DNA from: Opitutia bacterium
Lineage (GTDB): Bacteria > Verrucomicrobiota > Verrucomicrobiia > Opitutales > Opitutaceae
Length of the DNA stretch: 10,281 nt
Assembly (NCBI GenBank): GCA_025351035.1
Contig: JANXWT010000347.1
Coordinates: forward strand, 1-10,281
Reading direction: 5' to 3'
Within the stretch, counting starts at the first letter, position 1. Each line of letters starts with the position of its first letter. Positions 1-9,406 of this stretch are shown one piece after another. Both the position numbers and the translations under genes were made by a program. The notes below the pieces were generated by a model that searched no databases, was not told where the DNA came from, and was given only the letters and a program-made list of their open reading frames with translations.

Positions 1-2690
<2,690 letters not shown>

Positions 2691-2736
2691 ACACCGGAGA
2701 CGCTCGCGGTAACCATAGACAGAACACTGACAACCT

Positions 2737-4074
2737 ATGCCTTTACCGCGCACTTTGCTGATTTGCCTCGCCGCCGCAGTTCATCTGGGTAGTGCCCACG
2801 CCAAGGTCACTGCCCTCGTTGGGGGCCGACTCATCGACGGCTGGGGCGACGCCCCGATCAATCACAGTGTCATTTTGATCGAAAACGAGCGCGTCAAAGC
2901 CGTCGGCACGATCGATTCGCTGACCGTGCCGGCCGATGCCGAGATCATCCGCACCGACGGCATGTCCGTCTTGCCCGGCTTATGGGACAATCACGTCCAC
3001 ACCATGCTGCTCGGGCATTCTGACTACGAGCATTGGGACAAGACCTACCCCAGCCGATTCGAGCGGGAAATCATGCCTGCTGCCGCGCGGCAGTTGCTCA
3101 TGGCCGGTGTGACGAGCGCCACCGATCTCGGCGCCCCGCTCGCCGCCAGCATCAATGTCCGCGAACGCATCCGCCGGGGCGAGATTCCCGGTCCGACGCT
3201 GTATGTTTCCGGGCCATTCATTCAACACGCGCCTTACCCCGGCACCGAGGATTTCCGCTGGGGCGTCAGTGGTGTGGCCGACGCCCGGGCCAAGGTCAGG
3301 CAGCTCGCCGACGCCGGCGTCAACGTCATCAAGTTGATCGACCAGGATCAAATGACCGAGGAAGAGGTCCGCGCCGTCGTCGAGGAAGCCCACCTTCGCA
3401 AGCTCCCCGTCATCGCACACGGACATCGTCCCGACGAAATTCGCATTGGGCTCAAGGCTGGGGTTGACCGGTTCGAGCACACTGGCCTCGCCATGGCCCC
3501 CGGGTATCCAGCCGACATCATCGCGTTGCTGCAAGAGCGCACCGCCAAGATGTCTCTCGGCCCGCTCTATTGGTGCCCGACCATCGAAGGGTTTTTCAAC
3601 TACGAGGACAATGCCCATAATCCCCTGCACATTGACGACGCGGGTTGGCAGCTCGGCGTCCCGACCGACATCGTCGCGGACATCAAGGCGTCGTTGAAAC
3701 ACCCGGGCTGGCTCGCATATTACCAGATCACGCCACTGCGCGCCAAGACCAGCGCCCGCAAATTCGAGCAACTCCGCCGGGCCGGCCTCGTCCTCCTCAT
3801 CGGCACCGACAGCGGTATTCCGATGAAATTCCACAACCAGTCCACGTGGCGGGAGCTTGATATTTGGGTCAGTAAGCTCGGCATGTCCTCAATGGACACC
3901 ATCCGCGCCGCCACTTACTGGCCGGCCGTCATGATGAAGGTAGACGCCGACTACGGCACAATCTCCATTGGCAAATATGCCGACATTATCGCGGTGAAAG
4001 GCGATGTCCTCCGTTACATCGACCTGCTTCAACGGGTCGATCTGGTCATCAAGCACGGGCAACGGATCAAGTAA
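2737..4074 (+). CDS. Secreted metal-dependent amidohydrolase-family protein (COG1228-like; imidazolonepropionase / Xaa-Arg dipeptidase-type fold)
   Basis: 445-aa ORF. N-terminal signal peptide MPLPRTLLICLAAAVHLGSAHA|KV. Amidohydrolase HxH metal motif in LPGLWDNHVHT; a candidate carboxylated Lys in VNVIKLID; second His pair VIAHGH; catalytic Asp in LLIGTDSG; C-terminal GKYADII typical of the superfamily. Lies 46 bp downstream of the kinase stop on the same strand. Confidence 0.85.
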   Translation: MPLPRTLLICLAAAVHLGSAHAKVTALVGGRLIDGWGDAPINHSVILIENERVKAVGTIDSLTVPADAEIIRTDGMSVLPGLWDNHVHTMLLGHSDYEHWDKTYPSRFEREIMPAAARQLLMAGVTSATDLGAPLAASINVRERIRRGEIPGPTLYVSGPFIQHAPYPGTEDFRWGVSGVADARAKVRQLADAGVNVIKLIDQDQMTEEEVRAVVEEAHLRKLPVIAHGHRPDEIRIGLKAGVDRFEHTGLAMAPGYPADIIALLQERTAKMSLGPLYWCPTIEGFFNYEDNAHNPLHIDDAGWQLGVPTDIVADIKASLKHPGWLAYYQITPLRAKTSARKFEQLRRAGLVLLIGTDSGIPMKFHNQSTWRELDIWVSKLGMSSMDTIRAATYWPAVMMKVDADYGTISIGKYADIIAVKGDVLRYIDLLQRVDLVIKHGQRIK

Positions 4075-4133
4075 CCCACCCGACTTGCCACTGATTCAAC
4101 GGACAGGCTATTACGACCATTTTGCCGCAGTGT

Positions 4134-4156
4134 CTGCTCGCTGCGGTAATCATCCA
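4134..4156 (+). terminator. Weak candidate hairpin 60 nt downstream of the amidohydrolase stop (ccgcag-N10-ctgcgg); no U-tract
   Basis: 6-bp GC stem 4135-4140 / 4151-4156 with a 10-nt loop, followed by taatcatcc, which is not U-rich. Confidence 0.15.
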
Positions 4157-4270
4157 AGTGCTGGCCACACTTATCATGGCACCCTGTATGGTCTGTTCGC
4201 CTTTGTCGCCAGACTGTCCTTCAGATTGCACCGGCCTAAAAGTGCGCAAACTCCGCGTCGATCTGTGCTG

Positions 4271-4366
4271 AATTTCTTCAATTTTTACCAAATTTCTCGC
4301 ATTTTAGCTCATTTTATTGCGAATATCGTCTGTTTTTACAAACTAACGCTTGCGGCGAAAATCAAT
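4271..4366 (+). promoter_or_regulatory. Putative accBC promoter region: five phased A/T tracts (curved DNA / UP-like) followed by a -35-like TTTACA (4335-4340)
   Basis: aatttcttca / atttttacca / aatttctcgc / attttagctc / attttattgc are consecutive 10-mers (4271-4320), each opening with an A/T tract, in a roughly 35% GC stretch inside a roughly 62% GC window. TTTACA lies at 4335-4340. No convincing TATAAT at 17 bp (aaaatc at 4358-4363), so the -10 assignment is uncertain. Confidence 0.3.
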
Positions 4367-4381
4367 GGTTGCCTATTCCCC

Positions 4382-4397
4382 TCAAACTTCTTTTGAA
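4382..4397 (+). promoter_or_regulatory. Inverted repeat TCAAA-N6-TTTGA in the accB leader; candidate operator or small leader hairpin
   Basis: tcaaa (4382-4386) and tttga (4393-4397) are exact reverse complements around cttctt, about 60 nt upstream of the accB TTG start. Confidence 0.2.
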
Positions 4398-4457
4398 CGC
4401 TGCTCGCTCAGACGCAACTAACCCAGCACACCGAGCAATCTTAACCTAGGCCGAACC

Positions 4458-4940
4458 TTGGATCTCAAACAAATCAAGCAAATCATCGAACTCATCAAGC
4501 GCTCCGAGCTGACCGAGTTCGAGTTCGAGGAGGAGGGTTTCAAGATCAAGGTAAAGCGCGGCGCCGGCGGGCAACCTGTGATCATGACCCCGGCGGCATT
4601 GTCGGCCAATCCCTTTCCCGTCGTTTCTACCCCGGCACAGACCGCGACCCCCGTTCAAACCGCGGTTCCGGGCACCACCGCCCAAGCCGATGACACCGGT
4701 TTCGCCTATGTGAAATCGCCCATGGTCGGCACGTTCTATAAATCCGCCTCCCCCGAGACCCCCGCTTTCGTCAACGTCAGTTCCAAAGTCGAGGAAAAGA
4801 CCGTCGTCTGCATCATTGAAGCGATGAAGATCATGAACGAAATCCAAGCCGAGACCAAGGGAACCGTGGTCGAGGTGCTGGTCGAGAACGGCCAGCCCGT
4901 TGAATACGGCCAGCGTCTCTTCAAAGTCAAATTGGGCTGA
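4458..4940 (+). CDS. accB: Acetyl-CoA carboxylase biotin carboxyl carrier protein (BCCP), TTG start
   Basis: 160 aa. N-terminus MDLKQIKQIIELIKRSELTEFEFEE aligns with E. coli AccB [25 protein letters not shown]. Pro/Ala/Thr-rich linker. Biotinyl-lysine motif EAMKIMNEI and C-terminal GQPVEYGQRLFKV. An in-frame TAA at 4419-4421 makes the TTG at 4458 the first possible start; the next Met is 42 codons in and would delete the conserved N-domain. Confidence 0.93.
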   Translation: MDLKQIKQIIELIKRSELTEFEFEEEGFKIKVKRGAGGQPVIMTPAALSANPFPVVSTPAQTATPVQTAVPGTTAQADDTGFAYVKSPMVGTFYKSASPETPAFVNVSSKVEEKTVVCIIEAMKIMNEIQAETKGTVVEVLVENGQPVEYGQRLFKVKLG

Positions 4941-4984
4941 CCCAATTTCTTCCAAGCTTGGCCGGCCAGACGCGTCTGTCCGGC
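4929..4984 (+). promoter_or_regulatory. Two stem-loops in the 60-nt accB-accC spacer: hairpin A (4929-4948) encloses the accB TGA; hairpin B (4961-4984) is a 24-nt near-perfect palindrome
   Basis: A: aaattggg (4929-4936) / cccaattt (4941-4948) with loop cTGA, where the loop is the accB stop codon. B: gccggccagacgcgtctgtccggc pairs 4961-4965/4980-4984 and 4967-4971/4974-4978 with a single C-T mismatch. It ends 17 nt before the accC ATG. Confidence 0.3.
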
Positions 4985-5000
4985 TTAATTATCTACCTCC

Positions 5001-6362
5001 ATGATTCAAAAGATCCTCATCGCCAACCGTGGTGAAATTGCGCTGCGCGTCATCCGGGCCTGCCGCGAAATGGGGATCAAGACCCTTGCGGTCTATTCCG
5101 AAGCCGATGTGCAGTCTCTTCACGTCCAGCTCGCCGATGAAGCGATCTGCATCGGCGGACCCCGCAGCGCCGACAGCTACTTGCGCGCCGACCGCATCAT
5201 TAGCGCCGCCGAAATCGCCGACGTGGACGCCATCCATCCCGGCTATGGCTTCCTCTCGGAAAACGCCAAGTTCGCCGCCCAATGCGAGTCCTGTAACATC
5301 AAGTTCGTCGGGCCAAAATCGAAGAGCATCCAGATGATGGGTGACAAGTCTGTCGCCAAGGACACCGTCCGCAAGGCCGGCGTCCCCATCGTCCCCGGTT
5401 CCGATGGTCCGGTGGATTCCGAGGCCGAGGCCGTCAAGTCCGCCCGCAAGATTGGCTATCCCGTCATCATCAAGGCTGTCGCCGGCGGCGGCGGGCGTGG
5501 GATGCGCATCGCTCACAACGACGTCTCCTTCGCCAAGGAATATCACGTCGCCCGCAACGAGGCCGAAAAGGCCTTCGGCAATGGCGCTGTCTACATCGAG
5601 AAATACATCGAGAAACCCCGCCACATCGAGTTCCAGATTCTCGCCGACAGCCACGGCAAAGTCCTCCATCTCGGCGAACGCGACTGCTCCGTCCAACGTC
5701 GCCACCAGAAGCTCATCGAAGAGTCGCCGTCGCCCTTCCTTAACGCCGATCTCCGTAAGAAAATGGGCAAGGCCGCCGTCCGCGCGGCCGAAGCCGCCGA
5801 CTACGAGAACGCCGGCACGATCGAGTTCCTCGTCGATGCCAAGGGCAATTACTACTTCATCGAGATGAATACCCGCATCCAGGTCGAGCACCCCGTCACC
5901 GAGGAAGTGACCGGCATCGACCTCATCAAGCAGCAGATTCGGGTGGCCAACGGCGAGAAGCTCGACTTCGACCAAGGCGATGTCACGTGGACCAAGCACG
6001 CCATCGAATGTCGCATCAATGCCGAGGATCCCGCCCGCAATTTCATTCCCTCGCCCGGCACGATCAGCCTCTACTATGCCCCCGGCGGCCCCGGCGTCCG
6101 CATCGATTCCCACGCCTACAGCGGCTACGCCATCCCCCCTTATTACGACAGTATGATCGGCAAACTCATCTGCTTTGGCGCCACGCGCAAAATCGCCCTC
6201 CAACGCTCCTACCGCGCCCTCTCCGAATATCTCATCCGCGGCATCAAGACCACCATCCCCCTCCACAAAGCCATCATGAGCGACCCCGTCTTCATCGACG
6301 GCAAGGCGACCACGGCCTACATGGAAGACTTCATGTCCCGCACCCCGACCGACCTCTTCTGA
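5001..6362 (+). CDS. accC: Acetyl-CoA carboxylase biotin carboxylase subunit
   Basis: 453 aa. [36 protein letters not shown], the ATP-grasp glycine loop [45 protein letters not shown], and the biotin carboxylase C-domain. Collinear with E. coli AccC over its full length. Confidence 0.95.
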   Translation: MIQKILIANRGEIALRVIRACREMGIKTLAVYSEADVQSLHVQLADEAICIGGPRSADSYLRADRIISAAEIADVDAIHPGYGFLSENAKFAAQCESCNIKFVGPKSKSIQMMGDKSVAKDTVRKAGVPIVPGSDGPVDSEAEAVKSARKIGYPVIIKAVAGGGGRGMRIAHNDVSFAKEYHVARNEAEKAFGNGAVYIEKYIEKPRHIEFQILADSHGKVLHLGERDCSVQRRHQKLIEESPSPFLNADLRKKMGKAAVRAAEAADYENAGTIEFLVDAKGNYYFIEMNTRIQVEHPVTEEVTGIDLIKQQIRVANGEKLDFDQGDVTWTKHAIECRINAEDPARNFIPSPGTISLYYAPGGPGVRIDSHAYSGYAIPPYYDSMIGKLICFGATRKIALQRSYRALSEYLIRGIKTTIPLHKAIMSDPVFIDGKATTAYMEDFMSRTPTDLF

Positions 6363-6393
6363 GCCGCTCTCCCCACAATTGCCTGCCCCACTG

Positions 6394-6426
6394 ACCGCGC
6401 TGCCCTTGGCTCGCGGTTAATTTTTG
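6394..6426 (+). terminator. Rho-independent terminator of the accBC unit
   Basis: accgcg (6394-6399) pairs with cgcggt (6412-6417). The 6 bp are all Watson-Crick and can extend to 8 with G6393-U6418 and U6392-A6419. The loop is 12 nt, followed by uaaUUUUUgu (6418-6427). It begins 32 nt after the accC TGA at 6360-6362. Confidence 0.55.
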
Positions 6427-6502
6427 TCCGCCCCTCAACTTTCTCGCTCTTCCCGTGTCCCTTGTGGTCATTCCAGACAATCATTTCTGCCCGCCCTCAC
6501 CC

Positions 6503-7117
6503 ATGCGCCCTCTCACCCTGCTCTGCCTTACCCTCACCGCCCTCTCCTCCACCGCTCGCGCCGACGACACTCCGCTCGCCCGCGCCACTGCCTGGCTGAC
6601 CGGCCACTTCACCAACGAGACCCAGTTCACCACCGACAAAGGCTACCGCCACGTCAACCTCCACTCCGCGCCGATCTTCGCCGACCGCACCGACGGCCCG
6701 TGGCTCTACGTCGAACAGTCGCTCGCCGACGCCCCCACTGTGCCCTATCGGCAGCATATCCAGCAACTCAGCGCCCGCGCCGACAGTGCCATCGAAGTCC
6801 GCATTTACACCCTCGCCAACCCCGTCGCGTTCATCATCTCGTGGCACGACGCCGCCCGCCTCGCCAAACTCACCCACACCGACCTCGTCTTTCAGGAAGG
6901 CTGCACGATCATCCTGCGCGAGCAACCCGACGGCTCCTTCAAAGGCGCGACGGAAGGCATCGGCTGCGCCAACGATCTCCACGGTGCCGCCTACGCCACC
7001 TCCGATCTCACCGTGACAAAAGCCGAGCTCACCACCTGGGAACGCGGTTACAACGCCGCCAAAGCCCAAGTCTGGGGCCCCATGGGCGGCGGCTACATCT
7101 TCAAACGAGTCGAGTGA
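6503..7117 (+). CDS. Secreted CpcT/CpeT-family (DUF1001, lipocalin-like beta-barrel) protein; the ORF track's GTG at 6455 is a less likely start
   Basis: Starting at ATG 6503 gives a textbook signal peptide MRPLTLLCLTLTALSSTARA|DD. The mature protein matches, block by block, the cyanobacterial CpcT bilin-lyase fold recalled from memory: LARATAWLTGHFTNETQF vs LARWMAGDFSNEQQA; YVEQSLADAPTVPYRQHIQQL vs FVEQAYDYMLNDPYRQRILH; EGCTIILREQPDGSFKGATEGIGC vs CGCDMIIEWTGHSFKGTVEPGKKC; C-terminal TTWERGYNAAKAQVWGPMGGGYIFKR vs SLDRGRDPETDEQLWGSVAGPFHFVR. Confidence 0.75.
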   Translation: MRPLTLLCLTLTALSSTARADDTPLARATAWLTGHFTNETQFTTDKGYRHVNLHSAPIFADRTDGPWLYVEQSLADAPTVPYRQHIQQLSARADSAIEVRIYTLANPVAFIISWHDAARLAKLTHTDLVFQEGCTIILREQPDGSFKGATEGIGCANDLHGAAYATSDLTVTKAELTTWERGYNAAKAQVWGPMGGGYIFKRVE

Positions 7118-7281
7118 TCGTGTAAGGCGGGTGTCGCCTCCGCCGTTCTTCAATGGAGCCGGCGTGCCCTCGCCCCGAGGTCGGGGACTTTGCGGCGGTG
7201 GAGCACGTTGACCCAACGCGCTAATGAAGAGACGCAGACTCTTGTCGGTCCAAAGCCTCTGGCGCTGACCGATGCTCAATA

Positions 7282-7322
7282 TTGATTGGTCATCGCGTCG
7301 GAACAAACACTGCTGTTATAAT
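7282..7322 (+). promoter_or_regulatory. Candidate promoter for the flotillin gene: extended -10 TGtTATAAT (7314-7322). The upstream TTGATT (7282-7287) is 29 bp away and cannot be its -35.
   Basis: Perfect TATAAT at 7317-7322 preceded by TGT, in the 303-bp spacer, about 100 nt upstream of GTG 7421. No acceptable -35 at 17 bp. Confidence 0.25.
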
Positions 7323-7420
7323 GCGCATTTAATTGCCACGCGCCGACGGATGGGAGACCTGCGCGGCGTTCTCAAACAATCAACCCCCGATTACTTTGAA
7401 CATCCTTACTGTCGTAGATT

Positions 7421-9226
7421 GTGCTGCTTGGTGCGCTCCTCACTCTGGGCTTCGGCTACAAGTTCTTTATCCGCATCATCGGCATGGTCATCGTGCCCAA
7501 CGACGGCGTCGGCGTCGTCACCAAGAAATTTACCATCGGCATCAAAAACTCCACTCTACCTGACGGCAAACTCATCGCTCTGGCCGGCGAAGCCGGCATC
7601 CAAGCCGACACCTTGGCCCCTGGTCTGCACCTTTGGCTCTGGCCTTGGCAGTATTCAATAGACGTTATGCCTTTTATTACCGTCGAAGAAGGCAAAATCG
7701 GCGTCGTCGAATCGCGCGACGGTGTGCCCCTCTCCGGTGGCCGCGTTCTGGCCAGGCAGGTCGACTGCGATTCCTTCCAAAACGCCCGCGCGTTCCTGCA
7801 AAACGGCGGCCAACGCGGACCGCAAATCGCTCTCATCCCACCAGGCACCTACCGCATCAACACCGGGCTGTTCACGGTGAGTGACGCGCCCGTCCTCGAA
7901 ATCTCTGACAACCGCGTCGGCATTATCACGACCAAAGAAGGACGCAGCCTGCCCACCGGCGAGATTGCCGGCATCAGGGTCGACGGGCATAACGCCTATC
8001 AGGACGGAGAGGCGTTCGTTACGGCGGGCGGCTTCAAAGGACTTCAGGAACAAGTGCTGCTGGCCGGACGTTACTTCATCAATCCGCAGTTCGCCACCGT
8101 CGAACTCGTCGACATGACCGAGGTGCCCATCGCCCACGCCGGGGTCGTGATCGCCTACGTCGGCGAAGCCGGCAAGGACATCACCGGCGAGAGTTTCCGC
8201 CACGGCAATCTCGTTGAGAAAGGCAAGAAGGGCGTCTGGGCCGAGCCGCTCGACCCGGGCCGCTATGCAATCAACCCGCGCACACACCGCGTCGTCAGCG
8301 TGCCGACGGCCAACGTCGTCCTCAACTGGGCGAATGACAAATCCGAGTCGCACAAGCTCGACGAGAAACTCTCCACCATCACGGTGCGCTCCTCCGATGG
8401 CTTCCGCTTCAACCTCGACGTTTCCCAGATCATCCACATCCCCCGCAACGATGCACCCAAGGTCATCGCCCGCTTCGGCAGCATGGTCAACTTGGTCACG
8501 CAGGTGCTCGAGCCCACGATCGGCAACTACTTCCGCAATGCCGCGCAAAACTCGGACGTGATCGAATTCCTCAAGTCGCGCTCCGAGCGCCAAGCCGATG
8601 CCAAGAAACAGATCGGCGAAGCCCTCGACGACTACAACGTCGGCGCCGTCGACACCCTCATCGGTGACATCACGCCCCCCGACGACCTGATGAAGACTCT
8701 CACCGACCGCAAAATCGCGGAGCAGGAACGCGTCACCTACGAGACCCAGCGCCAGGCCGAGATCGTCCGCAAAGAATTGCAGCAAGCCAAAGCCGTGGCT
8801 GACACCCAGGCCAAGGTCGTGGACTCCGAGCGCAGCGTCGCCATCGCCGAGTTCGCCGCGCAGGCTTCCATCAAACGCGCCGAGGGCGAGGCCCGCGCCC
8901 GCACCGCCATCGCCGAGGCCGACGCCAATGTGATCAAAATGGTCGGCGGCGCCGAGGCCGAGAAGACCCAGAAGATCGGCTCGGCCGAAGCGAGCGTCAT
9001 CAAGCAGAAGGTCGAGGCCACCAACCGAGAATCGTTTGTCGCCATCGAGGTTGCTCGGGCGCTCGCTGCCAGCGGCCAAAAACTCGTGCCCGATATCATG
9101 AGCACCGGCGGCGGTGGCAGCGGCGGCGGCTCCACGATCATCGAAATGCTCGCCGCAAGCATGTTCAACGACCGGTTGAAAGCCCAGGCAGCAGCAGCCG
9201 AACGCTCGCCCGCCAGCAAGAGCTGA
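7421..9226 (+). CDS. Membrane-anchored SPFH (band 7) / flotillin-family protein (YqiK/FloT-like), GTG start
   Basis: 601 aa. N-terminal hydrophobic anchor MLLGALLTLGFGYKFFIRIIGMVIV; an in-frame TAG at 7415-7417 makes GTG 7421 the first start. SPFH-type opening VPNDGVGVVTKKF...LAPGLHLWLWPW. SPFH core ITVRSSDGFRFNLDVSQIIHI...FGSM...VLEPTIGNYFRNA. A long Ala/Glu/Gln-rich coiled-coil flotillin tail (QRQAEIVRKELQQAKAVADTQAKVV...AEGEARARTAIAEADANV...AEAEKTQKIGSAEASV). A Gly-rich linker TGGGGSGGGS near the C-terminus. Confidence 0.85.
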   Translation: MLLGALLTLGFGYKFFIRIIGMVIVPNDGVGVVTKKFTIGIKNSTLPDGKLIALAGEAGIQADTLAPGLHLWLWPWQYSIDVMPFITVEEGKIGVVESRDGVPLSGGRVLARQVDCDSFQNARAFLQNGGQRGPQIALIPPGTYRINTGLFTVSDAPVLEISDNRVGIITTKEGRSLPTGEIAGIRVDGHNAYQDGEAFVTAGGFKGLQEQVLLAGRYFINPQFATVELVDMTEVPIAHAGVVIAYVGEAGKDITGESFRHGNLVEKGKKGVWAEPLDPGRYAINPRTHRVVSVPTANVVLNWANDKSESHKLDEKLSTITVRSSDGFRFNLDVSQIIHIPRNDAPKVIARFGSMVNLVTQVLEPTIGNYFRNAAQNSDVIEFLKSRSERQADAKKQIGEALDDYNVGAVDTLIGDITPPDDLMKTLTDRKIAEQERVTYETQRQAEIVRKELQQAKAVADTQAKVVDSERSVAIAEFAAQASIKRAEGEARARTAIAEADANVIKMVGGAEAEKTQKIGSAEASVIKQKVEATNRESFVAIEVARALAASGQKLVPDIMSTGGGGSGGGSTIIEMLAASMFNDRLKAQAAAAERSPASKS

Positions 9227-9406
9227 CCCTGCCCACAAGGTTCCAATCCGCCAGCCGCACGCCCGATTGCCGGCGGCACTTGGCGGCCTTATCACATCGA
9301 TGACACAAAGCAGTCGGCACTGCGCAATAAGCACCCGTGCCCGTCGCTCTTTGCCGCAGCTCATCTCCACCCCTGAAGAGCTGAAATCGTTTTGTCCAAC
9401 CGGCGA

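Noticed and set aside
4144-4408. Shared 9-mer ctgctcgct at 4144-4152 and 4400-4408 in the amidohydrolase-accB spacer
   Set aside because: The chance of some shared 9-mer within a roughly 380-bp spacer is on the order of tens of percent. There is no flanking similarity, so I do not treat it as a repeat or motif pair.
4989-6266. 425-aa ORF on the minus strand lying entirely antisense to accC
   Set aside because: Low-complexity Gly/Ala/Asp/Val-rich translation with no recognisable motifs. Long antisense ORFs are expected opposite genes with high G/C at codon position 3, and the plus-strand frame is unambiguously accC.
6424-7125. 233-aa plus-strand ORF in an alternative frame over the CpcT-like gene (Arg/Pro/His-rich)
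   Set aside because: Extreme R/P/H composition, no start context, and it overlaps a frame with strong family-level homology and a signal peptide.
7282-7322. TTGATT (7282-7287) as the -35 partner for TATAAT (7317-7322)
   Set aside because: Direct counting gives a 29-bp spacer, far outside the 16-19 bp range. Only the extended -10 (TGtTATAAT) is retained, and at low confidence. The TTGACC at 7208-7213 has no -10 at the right distance.
7272-7661. 129-aa ORF bridging the spacer and the 5' end of the flotillin gene; also ORF 7333..7563
   Set aside because: It runs out of frame into a well-supported gene. Cys/Ser/Arg-rich with no motifs. The region is better explained as the promoter and 5'-UTR of the flotillin gene.
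7655-9370. 571-aa minus-strand ORF antisense to the flotillin gene, extending 144 nt into the flotillin-prmA spacer
   Set aside because: Same GC-driven artefact: Gly/Ala/Asp/Leu-rich with no domain signature. The sense frame is a well-supported SPFH/flotillin protein.
9227-9406. Convergent-gene spacer between flotillin and prmA, searched for a bidirectional terminator
   Set aside because: Only weak stems were found (ggcac-N16-gtgcc at about 9319-9344, followed by cgtcgctcttt; gcga-N5-tcgc near 9398) with poor U-tracts. This is not strong enough to call. ORFs 9267..9638 (+) and 9165..9476 (-) overlap prmA or the spacer with featureless translations.
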